Positions 27,349 through 41,877 of a DNA stretch of 64,000 nucleotides are shown piece after piece. Numbering within the stretch: the stretch's first letter is position 1; each line of letters opens with the position of its first letter. This DNA is from Phoronis australis (taxonomy: Eukaryota; Animalia; Phoronida). The notes below the pieces were generated by a model. It saw only the letters and a list, made by a program, of their open reading frames with translations. It made no database searches and had not been told where the DNA came from. The DNA lies in assembly GCA_002633005.1 (NCBI GenBank), contig NMRA01000148.1, positions 310,001 to 374,000 of the forward strand, given 5' to 3'. The translations under genes and the position numbers were made by a program.

Positions 27349-27730
27349 TTTTTACGCGCCCACATATTTGTGAGGCCATATTGCCGTCATCTCTGCCTAG
27401 GCGTTCAGGCGTCCGGCGTCAGCTGCTGTATCTCCTAAACCACTTGCAGGAGTGTGAGATTGGGCAGGTGTGTTCCTAAGAAGCTGACGTGAATTCCAGA
27501 TGTGTCCAATTACCGTTGTATCCCTTAGTGACATTTTTTCGTATTTGTTAAACCCTTGCAAGATCTTTTGAAAATTTGACAAGTGTTAATTTGACAGATG
27601 AACGGATCCGAATAGTATATTCTGATGGCACTTTTCACAGTTGTCTCTTTCTGTGGTGTTCCTTAATGGATTTCCATGAAATTTAGCAAATCATTTTTAT
27701 TGGAGAGAGATTATGATGTCCTCCCATTTT
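27349..27730 (+). mobile_element. Helentron-associated (HINE/DINE-1-like) element fragment
   Basis: tttttacgcgcccacatatttgtg...gccgtcatctctg...ggcgtccggcgtc head shared with copies at 35480, 49480 (-) and 62020 (-). Confidence 0.55.
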
Positions 27731-28949
27731 CGGACTGGTTCGGCGTATGCTGCGCCATCTAATGGCTATATTTATGATACCAATTTTAAAAACCCTTAGA
27801 CACATACCGATTGCAGTGCAGTCGCGGGTGCCTTTCAACACTCCGCGTTGCTCTTGTGAGGCGTTCAAACTGGGTCAGGAAGCTTCCGCATTCATTTTTG
27901 AAATGGCACCATGGCATATGGATACTTTGAAAAGATAGTTACAAGTAGATCTTGTCAAGGGTTTCCATCGACATCTAGGGTCTGTTTTATGAAAGTGACT
28001 AAACGTAGGACCCTAGAAAATTGTGAGATTTGGTTAACTTTGGAACGTCATATCTCAGACATGACTGATCGTATCCAAAGCCTTGTTTGGAATTGTGTTT
28101 AAAATGTTCCACCTATGAACGAGAGGCTATTAAAAATGTGACTTTAATGATTTACATGAAAAAATCTCTTCAAATTGCATTAAACGAAAACGAAATGAAA
28201 AACGTTTTTGAGACCTCATCTCGAACATTTACATCAAATAAAATTCGATCATGTTATTGATACCGTAAGTTTGCTATCAATGTATCTTCTTTTTGATAAA
28301 TGTTACTGGAAAGACATGGTCAAAATCAAATTTCTCAGGCTCTTTAGTTTCAGAAAACATTTACTTTTAATCAGTTAAAATCTCTCTGTTTTATAGACAT
28401 TTGGCTAAATTACGCAGACTTGTAAACAAAGTTCTACACAACAGAAATTTGTTCTTCACGCTACCACTCAACAACTGCTGAAAAAACTATTAGCCGCTAA
28501 TTGTGAGTGCATCTCAGTCTAGTTATTTCAGTAACTAGCGGCTATGTATACATTCTCAGAGCTTTTTTGAACTTTTGCTCAAGCAAGATTTAATTATTTG
28601 TCAGAAGTTGCTGTGCTGTGCAGAGCGTTAATTTCTGACTTAAGTTTTATGTCACTTTTCGTGGAACAAGCCCCTGCTCATCTGAACATTTTCGATTATT
28701 TCTGAAACAGAAAATTGTTAAGCTGTTTAGCATGAGGTGACTTTGGTATCGTAAATACTCACTTTAAAATTACCAGACATTTCTGATGAGATTCCTAGCT
28801 GAGAAAACTGCATAATATTGCGACGGCTTGGGAACAATCCCTCATACATGTATCAGCAACTCAGTTTCAGTCCAGAAGCAACATACTCTGCTAAAACTTC
28901 GACAATACAAAGGTATGTAATAGGAACGGTTTTTAGAAATAAGTATAAT

Positions 28950-29426
28950 GGACTGTTGAGGGGGAAAGTGTCGCCGGAAAAATACGAGCGTAATTATGTA
29001 CATTACGCCGTTATTTACGCCGTTAATTACACCGTAAAATTACGAACGCAGTTTAATTCTTAATTTAGTTTAAACTCTTAGCCAATGACGTTGGGTTTTA
29101 CAATCCACGGTCGCATGCTCATGGAAATACTTATTTACTGACGGGTTACATGTCTACAATACGAGCGCTGAATCATGGCGGATCAAATCATTGCTGCAAT
29201 GTCAGCGATTGTACAAGAAAGAGCTGCCTAGCAACAGTCGTGTATGTTAGGTCAACACTGATTGGTTTAAATTTGGAACGTTCTTAAGGTATTTTACGAG
29301 CGTAATTTACGGCGATATTTCCCCATTTAATTTACGAGCGTAATTTTACTGCAACACTTTTGCAATTTAATTTACGCTCGTAATTACGAGCGTAAGTTTA
29401 CGGCGACACTTTCCCCTCAACGGCCC
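28950..29426. mobile_element. MITE with about 26-bp TIRs (PIF/Harbinger-like)
   Basis: Left ggactgttgagggggaaagtgtcgccg, right cggcgacactttcccctcaacggccc; several subterminal tacgagcgtaa motifs at both ends. Confidence 0.8.
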
Positions 29427-32400
29427 ACCATAATAAGACGATCTGAAGAGTTATTTCCGTAAGTGGTGTTCCCTTTCTATGAAGCGATAGTGTGACGAAC
29501 CGAATGTTTCTATCGTGTATCTTCTAAGAACAATCCCGTTCGCTAGTCACGTAAGGAGTATCGGATTTTGAGAACCACTTTCATGCCCGTTATTTAACGG
29601 AGAAAACGGTTATCAAAATTCGGAACCACTTTAAATGATTGTTACTTAAACACGAGCAAACCAATATATCTCTAACTGATAGCGTTTTTGATGTCACATG
29701 TACGTTTAGTAAGAATACGGATCCTTGGTTACTTCGGAACCATTTTACCGCGTTAATTGCTGTTCTCCGTTGTAACAAAAAAAATTGACGTGAATGGCCC
29801 AGCAAAAAGTCCCATCTTAGTTCTGCATTTACTTTCCTTGAGTGAACTATAGTAGCTATTGAACAGTCTGTGTAGGTCATTCGAAGTGAATACAGACTCG
29901 GGGAACCGGCCTTGTGCTGGACCGTTTACGTCACTTTTTGTTCCGTGATAATTAAGTCCCAAGCCAACAGCAGTTGAGAGGGAAATGCCTATCCAATATC
30001 AAAAACGGTTACTTTCCCTTTAAAACATTGCATTATATAGAACACATCTTGTATTTCAAAAATGAATTCGTAGATAAAAGAACTAAAATAAAAGTGAAGA
30101 TATAAAAAGTTAACACTAGTGCTAATTTCCGACCATAAAATTTGTAAATATGATATTCACAACGTATGTCATAGACACAAAATAGGTGACCTTGTTCTGT
30201 ACAGAGAGAATAAACATCACAGGGGTCTAACGGTAACACCCGACAGATGTCACAACTGCTTCATTGCAAAGAGTCATGAAGAATTTGTTAGCGCCAGCAG
30301 GAAATCATTTAGGGAATTTCTGACTTTCATATTTTTGGAGAGACGGTCCCGTGTCTTCACCCAAGTAGCTCGCTTGATTTTGCGTGATCTCATTTTTGTC
30401 ATAGTCGCGTCAGGTGGCAAATTAGCCTACAGACCCCATGCTGTTGAAGATGCTTTTGCTCTCAATCTGCAATCCCGGTTTTGAAAAGAGAGTCACCTAT
30501 TGGGTATAAGAATCGTCCATTACATTTTCTTTGAGGTGAGTGGTTCACAGAAGTGGTTGCAACGTGCATGTGATGAACAAGTGCATTTCGGGTCACACCT
30601 GGCAGAGACATTGCAGTGTCATTGACCACGAGAAAAGAACTGATGAATGATTATAATACAGTACAGAAAATGACGATTAGTTGTAAGCTTTCATTCATCA
30701 ATTCTTGAGTGATGCGTTCATGGTGTGACGTCACACAAGACAGGAACATATTTGTCATTGTTGTTTGACTTGAACACTACAAATTGGTACACAAAATACA
30801 TGTAATTTGGTAGGAAGGAAAATAAACATGTTTGAGCCGATAAGTACCAGTTTTAAGTGAGCCAATCTTAACGGTGAGTTTGAGGATTTTTGAGCTCACC
30901 TCCGTATGAGTCGCTCGGAAGTAAAGAGATGTTGATCTTCACTTTGTCGTGTCTGAGGTTCGCCGCACGATTGATGAGAAATCGCTTAAAAGACTAATTA
31001 TGGGCAAATAGTCCCTTGGGATACTGTTTGAGTCACGCATGTTTTATAGACGAACTTCTTTTCAAAGGGAGAAGCGTTTTGTGATTTTCCTATCAAATAG
31101 TCAAATTTATAATACAGTATCAGAGTGCAACTTATTCGTTATGGAAGTTCAATTGTGGCTTAACGTTATTTAGCGACTTTTGGTTTACTGCCAACCTTAG
31201 CTGTCTCTGCGTGCTGATAACAAGATGATATGAAAGGATGTGCAGTTGTTTCCATGGTAACACAATTACCATATATGCACCCGAATGATGTTAATAAAGC
31301 GGCTGTCTGAACACGTGGGACTGTCAGTTATCGAATGTTTTTTCTTCGCTTCATGAGGCTGGTGAATTTCAGATCTCGTATGATGGATGGTTGAGCACGC
31401 ATGGTTAGGATATATAGATAATCTGATTTTAATGAAATTGATTTTTACGCTAGCAATAAACGGTTCCATTGTTTTATCAGAAAATGATTGCGATAGCTGT
31501 TGTTTACGCTACTGGGTCACTTACTAAAATTGTAATCGAATAGCTACAAATGTTGACGATTCAACAATTTTTATAGAATCAGCTTCCTATCCGTCTGTCC
31601 GTCGTCCGTCGTTACAGTTTCTTGTTCGTTAATTACCTCAATGACATTCTGGCGAGTCATGATGAATTTTGACACAGCACTGTAAGGCTGGAATGCGACG
31701 GAATAGAATTAAAATTTTACGGTGGCCCGTGAAAATTTACCATAAGGGTCATTTGTCAACTTTGAAAAACGTTCCGGCTCAATTTTTAACGGGACCTAAA
31801 GTTGATGAGAACATCGTGATAAAATGTTCCTAAGATTCGACAACCAGGGGACCTCCTGTTGATACAAAGATGATGTGTTTACGTGGACATCACATGATTT
31901 TCTGGTACATTCGACTGCTGACTCACCCCTGCCATCTATCTCTGTCTGTTAATGGATCTTGTCTGAGAGTGAGGTGCATAGTTGGGACGCGCCAGCACCA
32001 GTCGAGTTGAGCTTTAATATCATAGTGGTCAAATTAGTCTAATTCTATTCTTAACAAACCAATAAGCAACCCCAGAAGCATACTGTTTCTTGTGCAATTA
32101 TGGACGTATTTCACCATTTGAGTTGCTCTTGTCTTTGATTTTGGGAGCAGTGTTGTACTTTTCTTACAAAACTACATATTTGGATAAAAATCTGTTCTAA
32201 TGTTACAATAAGCTCGATTCCTTATAAAAAACAGATTTTTCTTGGACCTAATGTATTTTACAATAAACACAAAATCTCAATTGAAGTTTTATGGTCAATG
32301 CCTTAATGGTAACAGTAACATTCATTGGTCGATTATGTTTAGTATAGGGGATCATAATTTCAATTTTTATTTAACCATACCAAGAGTGAACAGTGACAAT

Positions 32401-33768
32401 ACCCACACTGATTCTGGTATACATATCCACAATGACGTCAGCAAGGCACTCGTCCCTCAGTTAAACACTGATGCCGTGCTAATCACTGTTCTGCAATGAA
32501 AATACTTCGACATTTAACATCCAAATGCTAATCTAATGTCAAAATAATTTTACTGTTTTTGATAGAGTTACAAAACCAAAATTCTGAATAAAACGTAATA
32601 TAACACGATTATTCTTTTTATTCGTCTCAGCTCAAAAACCGAGCCCTACCCTTTCGAAAACCACGTCAATCATATAACGCGTTTTCCTGTCTCCGCGAAA
32701 GAGGAGAGTTGAATTCGAGATGAGACTAGCTATGCACTCGTGACCCAGAGGACAATGCGCCGTACGGGCTCACGATAACTCGGTCATTCCCCAACCACTT
32801 AACGCCGACTTTTCTTTGAACAGACTCATCAGTTATAGCTGACATTTTGCGGTAAGAGAGAGGCGTATAATTTATAGAGGTATAAATTTTTATGGAAAAT
32901 AACCAGAAGATCATTCAATATCAACAGCAACAAAGTGGTACTATACATTATGTGCACAAAGTACTTTGGTTAAGACATTTTCCGTTAAAATTGCATTCGA
33001 TTAAGCTTAAGGAGAGGCAAACACAAAGAGTCTATTAGTTACTGTTTCATTTTTAGTGGAGGGATGCAAGTGTACGGTAGTACATATTTCTGGAAATGGA
33101 ATTTTAAAGTAGTGCGCCTTTTAGGCTCGGGAATATAATACCGCAGCACCCCCTATGGGTCATTTTAATTACAAGATATTGCGTGGCCGCCGATTGTTTT
33201 CTGAGCGGACTGATGACTTGATGAATTTTGGTATAGATGTAGAGAGTAGATCTAGATATGTATGCCAAGAATGTGCTGACCCCAATTGATTTTTGGTGAA
33301 TTGGCTGTCTGACAGCTCCACCCCTCAATACCCGTTTTAGATTTGACAAACAATCTAATAGGGATAGGTCTACATGTCTATGCCAAGAATCGGCTCTTGC
33401 CAGTTGATTTTTGGATCAATTCGACTTACACCCCCCCCCATAACCATTTTAGTTTTTGACAACTTATTTCTTGTCTGTTTATTGATTTCAAATTGACTCG
33501 ACTTGCTGGACGAAGGTCAGTTGACATAAAATATAGGCCTACTACTTGGTGTGTAATCGTCAATATCATTTGATTTTCTGACGCCGGAGTCTAGTCTTAG
33601 CTACCCCTCTTAAAATTTTTAGTTTTTGACAAAGTAAGCTATGGTGATCTCGAGCAGAACTGTCAGCAGACGCGGGCATACTGTCTGAAGAGATCATTTC
33701 ATTCAATTGGGTGGTGGGCATATTCGCTGTCGCAATCCTGGCAATAGTAACTCGCCACGTGGGTCTAT

Positions 33769-33926
33769 ACATGGACGGCGGAGCACTGAAATAAGTGGGG
33801 GTGGGGGGTTATAGCCCCCCCCCCCAGCTCCCTATGCTGCGCCACCTATGTGACCATGGGCGAAGCAGCACTGAAATAAGTGGGGGGTTATAGCTCCCTG
33901 TTCTCTAGTATGGTGCGTCGACCATG
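33769..33926. mobile_element. Tandem dimer of an ~80-bp CATGG-terminated MITE-like unit
   Basis: catgg...gcactgaaataagtggggg...ttatagc...c(c/t)atg occurs twice; a related head is at about 7668. Confidence 0.55.
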
Positions 33927-34319
33927 CCATTGATCAGTGTAACATTTGGTTTCCTTCGTCCCATTCCAACCCTGTTAGAAAGCTCTCTTCAAGTATCTTG
34001 TCATCTTGCTACACAAGTTTTGGTGTTTCGTCATGCTTTGCTGGCATCATCTATTGAGTATACACTGAAAGGGTATTTCCTCTCCACCTGCTGTTCAAAA
34101 CGGAAATCGTGAAATGAGCTAACTGAAACAAACTGTCCTCAAAGAACTTTGTTTTGAAAGCAATTGGTTTCCTTCATCAAAGGAGTTGAGGTTTTGACAT
34201 GCATTTAATATGCATAAAGCAGACACTTTTTGAAGGGTTGGCCAACCCTGTCCCAACTGACAGTTTCAGTAGTAGCCAGAAGCAGTAAATACGACAGCAC
34301 TCTGATCTGTATTTTCTAG

Positions 34320-35148
34320 GTACGTACCAAGGGCAATGGCTACGAGGAACGCGCCATGGGTATGGCGTCCGTCAAAGTGTACCTTATGGACTGGCGGCTC
34401 AGTACCGGTCGAAAGCTTTGAGAGCTTCCCTGACATCACTACGCAGCGAAGCTGAAGAAGAGTATGTCGTTAAGGATAGAGACAAGAAAATGGACGAGAC
34501 ACGTGGTGGGTTCGTGCTCAAAGGTCACGTGGAGGACGAGGACTCCACACGCCGACTTTCGTTGTTTGACAAAAGAGCAAGGTCGAGTCTGAAGAAGAGT
34601 ATAATGTCTGGGCTGAAACTAAGGAAGCAGAAGAGTACGGGCGACATCACGGAAGGTCCGCGCCGGCCATCCGGATCCGTTCGTAGCACAAGGAGTATGA
34701 TATCTCAAGCAAGCATAGATTCTACCATGTCGACGGCGTCAGCGGTGTCGACACAGTCGGCCTTATCGAAGGCGTCTAGGTACTCAGATTCAAACCACAG
34801 TTTTGTGAGCCAAGAGGAAATCATGGATGCAAACATTACGGAAACGTACATGGGAGAGTGGAAAAACGATAAACGATCTGGTTTCGGCATAAGTGAACGA
34901 ACAGACGGATTAAAATACGAGGGAGAGTGGTTTAATAATAAGAAGTATGGCTTCGGTGTCACGACGTTCAGGGACGGTGTGCGAGAGGAGGGAAAGTACA
35001 AAAATAATGTTCTCATATCATCAGGAAAGAAACACAAGCTGTTCGTAATTCAGAAATCAAAACTCCGGGAGCGCATCGACACTGCCGTATTGGCCGCCCA
35101 GCGTGCCGCCCAACTCGCACTACAGAAAGCAGACATCGCAGTGTCACG
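34320..35148 (+). CDS. JPH: Junctophilin exon 2 (MORN 6, joining region, MORN 7-8, start of alpha-helical region)
   Basis: ttctag acceptor, phase 1: GTYQGQWLRGTRHGYGVRQSVPYG...ETYMGEWKNDKRSGFG...QKADIAVS(R); donor CG|gtaagt. Confidence 0.98.
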
Positions 35149-35479
35149 GTAAGTGCTTGCAAAAATTAGATTCAGTGGATGTTTTCTTTTTGAACCACGA
35201 CAGCCGACGCATTCTGGCTCGGTGTGCAAAATATCGAATTTATTTTGATAAGGGTTGTAGGCTTCTGGGGATTCATTTCTCTGGACACTGCGGCACTACA
35301 GTATGGCATCTGAAACTTTAAGACCACGTCAAAACTATCTTTACAAGGCTAACTTCAATGTTGGTGTTAATGAATTTCCCTTACTACCGTGACGAGGCTA
35401 CAGTGTGCCCCGGCTCGGTGATAGTTTCATTTTTTACGGTCTTAGAAGGTATGTTCCTACTGGGGAGAGCATTGCTCAC

Positions 35480-36690
35480 TTGCTATGCAACCCCTATAGG
35501 TATATAGTTATATGTGGGTGCATATTGCCGTTATCTCTGTCTGGGGGTCCGTTGCCCGCAGCTGTATCTTTTAAACCCCTCACAGGAACTTGATGAGATT
35601 AGGATGATGTGTTCCTATGAAGCTGACGACAGATGACCACGAATTTCGGACCTATCCAACTACCGGTGTTCAACCTGGTGACGATTTTGATTTTTACCGT
35701 TGTCTCTGTGTCGTTGGAGTTCTTGGATGGATTTTTATGACATTTGGCAAATGGCTTTCTATTACACTAGGAGGAGGCGACGACACATTTCTATTTTGGG
35801 ATGTCTCTTGACGATTCTGCGCCACCTAGAGGCCACTTTTTAAATTTTCGAATCAGTCTCTTGGCGTCTGCCTTTCTAACTGCCAAACCTTTAAAGAATC
35901 TTTATGAAAATTGACAGGTGTGTTTCTAATGAGGAGACCGCAGTTGACGTTGATTTTCGCTTGGGTTTGGCTACTTTGGCGCCCCTTAGTGGAGATTTTG
36001 TTTCATTTTGCGTCCCTTTCCAAGTTCTTTTTGAAATTTGGCAGATGTGTTTCTATGGAGCTGACAACAAATAATGACGAGTTTCAGACCAATCCGACGA
36101 TTGGTGTGCCCCTAGTGACAATTTTCCTGGGTATCTTCGAAGTTCATTGATGGATTTTCATGAAACTTGGGAATTTGGTTTCTGTTAAGGAGATGGCAAT
36201 GCATATGTGTTCCTATGAAGTTGACGACGGATGACGATGAATTTCAGACCCCTGCTGTGCCCCCTAGTAACAATTTTATTTTTTACGGTTGCCTCTGTAT
36301 CGTTGGAATTTGTGGATGAATTTTATGCATATAAATATGTGAGTGCATTATGTTGTCATGGTCGTCTGTGCGTCCGTTCGTCCGTCCGTCCGTCTGGCGT
36401 CTGTCCGGCTTCCGGCGTCTGCTGCTCTATCTCCAAAACCGTTTGCTGTATGTTCATGAAATTTTGCAAATTTTTTTCTTTCATCGATGGGACGCCATGA
36501 GCGAACTTTCGGATAGATCCGACTACCGGTGTGCCCCCTAATGGAAATTTTAGTTTTTTATGTTTACCTCTGTATTTGCAAAGGTCCTTAAGAGATTTTC
36601 ATAAAATTCGGCAAATAAGCATCTATTACTAAGGTGACGCTACCTTCCCAATTTGGGATGGATTCGAAGTATTTTGCGCCACCTAATTCG
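35480..36690 (+). mobile_element. HINE/Helentron-like elements with (CCGT)n microsatellite and repeated core units (two tandem or nested copies)
   Basis: atgca-ccc...tgtgggtgcat subterminal palindrome, cgtccgtccgtcc tract at about 36370-36420, recurring ccggtgtgcccctagtgacaatttt and gccacctag core motifs. Confidence 0.65.
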
Positions 36691-39099
36691 AAAGAGTTTT
36701 TACTCCAAAAGCATCTGAAGGCAAGTGCCTAGCAAGCTGTGAATTTTCGTCGTTTGAAAGTAACCCTACCAAAATTTGCTGAATGTTAATTAGTCCAGCT
36801 GGTCCTAGTACCGCAGCAATCCTGTTTTCGAGGCAATATCGTACATTTGGAAAACCGATATGGTCAAGGTCAAACACCTTAAAACCACTACCAGCAACCT
36901 CAAGACGTAACTGTGGGTAATTTATGGAAGGAGGAAAAATACATTTTTACTGATAGGCAAACGAAGCGAACCTCAGGGTAGAAATTGATGTAATATGTCC
37001 CTTTCCCCGGTAGCTGGACTAGGGCGTGTTTCGTCTGGAGGTTGGTGCTGTTTTCCGCATCGCATCATATTGTTTATCCAGGCGTTGTCAAGGACATTTT
37101 GTTGCAAAAGTTCAGACTACATAAACGTGTGTTGCATTTGCTAATTCGAGAGGAGATGTTTGCACATTCAAAGACTAGAAATAAATCACGTTCTGTCGAA
37201 AGAATTTCTACAATCTCCGAGTCGCTTCAGTTTCACGTGGTGTTTCTGTGGGTGTCAGTGAAGAAATGCCCAATGAATGTGTTATGTTAGCTTGTCAGCA
37301 TTTAGCTTACCAACACAAAAGGGTGCTAAAAATATATGGCGGGAGTGGGGCGCATACTTCCCATATTAAGTAAGCGTCAACATAGATATCCGTGTGTTGA
37401 GATATGTGCACGCCATAGTATCCTCTTAGTAACGGTAGAGTTCTCACATATATTAATGACTTTCTGTCAATTTCATATTAAAACCTCGTTTCCTTATGAA
37501 CTAACAGAACTCCCAACTCTCCAATATTTTAAAGGTGTCCGACATTTTGGGCATCTAATAACACGCCACTCTTTGTCTGTATTCGTTTGATAGTGTAAAT
37601 TTGTAGCATATCAAATACAAGGGAACAGCTCTTCACGAATATACGCTAGAGTTTAAAGTGAGACACCACACATTCGAAAGTTTAAATATCTTCCTGCCAA
37701 CAGAAACTGTTTCTTATGAAAAACTTGAGATTTTAACAAAGCTTTAATTGGTTACTTATTTTAAATTAATGTAGAATACCTACTTAAATGGGCGATCTGA
37801 ATACATGTTCGCAAAATATAATTTTCGCGGAGGAGCTTTGTAAGACAAATTAGCTTGTAGGTCGGGACAAAACTTTCTTACGAGAATATAATATTTTTAT
37901 CCAAAGTTGCGTGCGATTGTTTAAATACTCGTTTCCTGAAATAATTTACAAAGATAAAATATTTCACTAGAAGGCAGCTTATTTTAAAACCAAAGCCACG
38001 ACTGAGTAATCTGGAGACATAACAAAGAATTTCCATTCAAAAAGTTTTCAATAAAATCAGTATAGGGGTAGTTTTGTTTTGAATATACCCTTTAAAATGT
38101 TACTTGTATATCTGAAAAGGCGAGGTAATTAGAGAAAAGCACGAAGACGGACTGCGTAGAAACATACTTACAGAATCATTAACATTTCTCCGTGTAATAA
38201 TAGTTCCAAAGTTGAGATTGGTTAGATCTAGATAATTGGCTAATAGGTGGTCACTCAATACAACACCTCATTAACTTAATCCAACTAATTATTAATATAT
38301 CATTAATATAATTCGGAATCTAATTTTTGGTGTAAATGAGGACAATGTTTTTTTCTGAGCTTAGCTTTTCATACCTCGTGAAATGTCACAAACCATTCTT
38401 TAATGAGTAAATGGCTTAATGGAATCTACTGCGTTCTAATGTGTTGTCGTATGTACGAACGGACGGACGGAATAACGAACGAACGAACAAACGCTTACAA
38501 GGAAACTATTAGAGCAGTGCCACTAACAAATTATAAAAAGAGAATATATCAAATAATACAATCAGCGAAAGTTAACGCAACTCTAAAATTGACCAATTGC
38601 TTGTATCGTTACGCTTCGAGTGAACTCACAAATCTACTAAAATCACGCAGCGTGATTAGAGTCGGAGTCGAGTGTGAGGTCGTAAATTAGATCTTGGATC
38701 CAGATGAAGATAGCACGATGTCGTAAGCTATGGGCGATATTGAAACTTCGCCAACATAAGTAATTTCTCATGAAACAAACCCCAAGTAAAGCTGAGACTA
38801 CTCTTTCGCGTGGTGCTTTGAACTTCAAACATTCCGGAGTCCCTCACGCTAATATTTCTAGAGTACAATCTAACTTTTAAACAAAAAATGTGATGATCAA
38901 ACTGTCTTGATTGGGTCCACACGAATTCTTAAAGAGGAAAGCCCACGTTTTGGTGTTAATGTTTTTACCGATATAAATATATGCAGAGACGTATCTTGAA
39001 TATGCACGCAGCGACAGTGAAGTGACGTAATGCGCCTAACAATAAGTTTTCTGCCTCTTGTTTCTGCATTCACTTTTACTGAGGGTTCGTCTTTTTCAG

Positions 39100-39218
39100 G
39101 ATGGCCAATGCCCGCGCTAAAGCAGAGCAAGCCAACTTGGCAGCAGAACGTGCGATGCAGGACAGTGATGTAGCTAGGATAAAGGCCAAGGAATTGGCAC
39201 CCGAATTCCATCAACCAG
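39100..39218 (+). CDS. JPH: Junctophilin exon 3 (alpha-helical region)
   Basis: tttcag acceptor, phase 2: MANARAKAEQANLAAERAMQDSDVARIKAKELAPEFHQP(G); donor G|gtatag. Confidence 0.97.
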
Positions 39219-39665
39219 GTATAGAATTTAGCAGCTGTGCCAATACGGACAGCCGAAATTTTATTTTCTGTACTTTCTACGCTATCTAACGAAAAACGAA
39301 GTCAATAGGGACAATTATGCGAATTTTTGTAAAACAACTGAATGATCCGCTAATTTGGAGAACAGGACGGATAAGACTGCCCAGTGTCATTTTTCCTTAG
39401 CTTCACATTTTTGTTTGGTTTGGTAGAGTTGTAAGTGCTTGGATTTCAGTCTAAGTAGGCACTAAATGTTGTGTGTCGACATAGAAGCTCCTCAAAACAC
39501 TCAAAGGTTTTATGTGTTCTCCAGTCCAGACTTAACAAAATTCCTGAGTAATACGTAAGGACTTATGGCGATGTTAAATAACAAGTCTAATGCAAGCTCT
39601 TCTCTTGCGTTTCCCTGCGATTCGTGGCGTGCTTTATTTAGTAGACTACTTTCTTTGACCTCTAG

Positions 39666-40819
39666 GAACAGATATAATGAAGAAAAGGTTGCTAGAACAA
39701 CAGGAAAGTGGGGAGTCACCGCCGCTACCATCTCACTTCAACCACAACAACCATCAAAGGTCACGGTCGCTCGTGCCGCGACAGACTTCTTACGCTGATT
39801 CACCGACCTTGGATAACCATCTTATGCCCTCGCCGATCAAGCCACTGTCCTCGGCTATTTCGGGAACTGGACCCCCGTCGCTTCAAGACTACAGACACGA
39901 GGAAAAGCTGCCAGCCGTGTTGAGCGACAGGACTAACGGGGATCCGGATCGCGGCGGCATTGATGCAGTGGCGTTCGGTCGGGATCAGCGAGATTACAGT
40001 CGTGATCTTCGAGATTACGGACGAGACCAACGTGATTACGGTCGAGACCAAAGAGACTACGCACGTGAAAATCACATATCTTCGCGCAGTCACGTGTCCA
40101 TGACACAACAACCAAAGGAGTCCGTTCCGTACGGGCGCAATGGCATGGAGAATCAACCAGCGGATAGGTTAAGTTCTCTGCTCAATTCAACAGTTCTTGA
40201 TGATCATTTCGATCAATACAGGACTAGCGGAGCTAGAGATGATATCCACTATAGTCCCCTTGGAGGTGTGAACAAGCCAGTGTGTGATCCAAGTCCCGAC
40301 TCGGGCATATCAGGAGTGTCGGACAGCACCGATGACTCGCACGTGCCGTTTTCTGCGAGACGCAGTAGTCTGCCCGGAATTATCAAACGCAATGCAAGTC
40401 TCGGTAGAGCAGATGGTAAACCAACACAGCCAGTGAAACCTAGCAAAACTGCCGAGGATATTGTGCACAGACAATCGGACACTTTTATTATTGAAAATGG
40501 GATTCGTAAACGAGTGAAAGTTGAGACACACGGGAAGCCGTTGGCGGAAGCAAGTTCTTTACATCCTTCCATGAAGCCGAAGATAGCAGAAATACCCAAA
40601 CGATTCAAGCTAGAAGCACAAAAGCCATTGTCGAAGTATCCCAACAAAGGAAGTCTTCCCGATATCAGTGTTGTAGGCAAGGATATAGAGAAGCGAATGA
40701 TGTCTAGGGAAGAAGTCAGTGCACTGAGCACGCAACAGCGAAAAAAGATGATAGAAGAAAGACAGCTCAATGAAAGACGGGAGAGGGGAGACGTTGCGGT
40801 ACGCTTGAACGACCTTAAG
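39666..40819 (+). CDS. JPH: Junctophilin exon 4 (divergent region)
   Basis: ctctag acceptor, phase 1 (GTDIMKKRLLEQ...); open for 1154 nt; donor AAG|gtgaga, phase 0. Confidence 0.92.
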
Positions 40820-41877
40820 GTGAGACTTCACAATTCTGTTGAGTTTCACACATACACCGACAAGCGTAATACGGAGCCTCATTTGCTCTGCTCTAGAAAT
40901 AGAACGTAAAACATGATTTCTTAATTCAGTGAACCGATAAAGCGGCGACATTAAACCCACCTCCGGCAGCTAAAGGAACAAACGTTTGATTTTGACCCCT
41001 TTCTCTGAAATAAAATCGGCATAAACTTGTTCCTTACTTTGATGAGGAATGGTTTCTCGGCTAAGATCAAATTGGCACTTCGGGTGGTGCTTGAGACTAT
41101 GCTCGACATATAAAATGACAGCTACCACCCCCTCCCGGCGAAAAGCCTGCTTATAGAGCCTGATCTCAAGCGCTAATGAACGGCGAGTTCTACCCAAACC
41201 AAGGAATGACCTCTTAACTGAGTAACGAACAAGTTAAGTTAGATTTATTAGGGTTAGTGCCGGAAATCTTAAGTTAATGTTTGACCGTATGCGGACTTAC
41301 AACCGCTTTAAAAGTTTATTTGGTTTCAAGTGTTTAGTCATCATTTGTTACATGTATGAGGTCATCAGGAGTTCAAGATACATGCACCAACCAAAAATGT
41401 GTACTTAGTGACCTTGGGTTAAAGTTAAAGTTGAAGTTTGAGCAAATGCACCCAAGCCAAAGAAATCGTGCGGTCACCTGTCCATTAAGGAAGGCTTATT
41501 TGAAAATCCCCGCAACTTGACTTTCAAGCATAGAAGGGTTCACTCGTAGATCTCGAACACAGCTTCAAGAAGATAAGAGAACGAACCATGGCGTCTAAAG
41601 ACTGAAACGGTGTTCACGCAATTAAGCCTTTTGACGGACACTCAATGCTACCAAGATTACTTAATATTTGGAAAAAATGCTCTGTAAGCCTCACCAACTC
41701 TCAAAGGTTGGGCAAGCGCTAAAACTCAAAGCAAAGTTTTCTCAATTTGTTGGCCTCAAAATAACACTATAGGAATGGGGATTGCCGTTAGTGGGAAGGA
41801 CCAATCACATCAAACCGATAGTTGAAGAAGATAGTTTTGTAAATAAATTGCACTTTTTACTTTCACGTGCATACGTG

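Noticed and set aside
34705-40960. Antisense ORFs overlapping junctophilin exons 2 and 4
   Set aside because: Shadow ORFs on the opposite strand of real coding exons.
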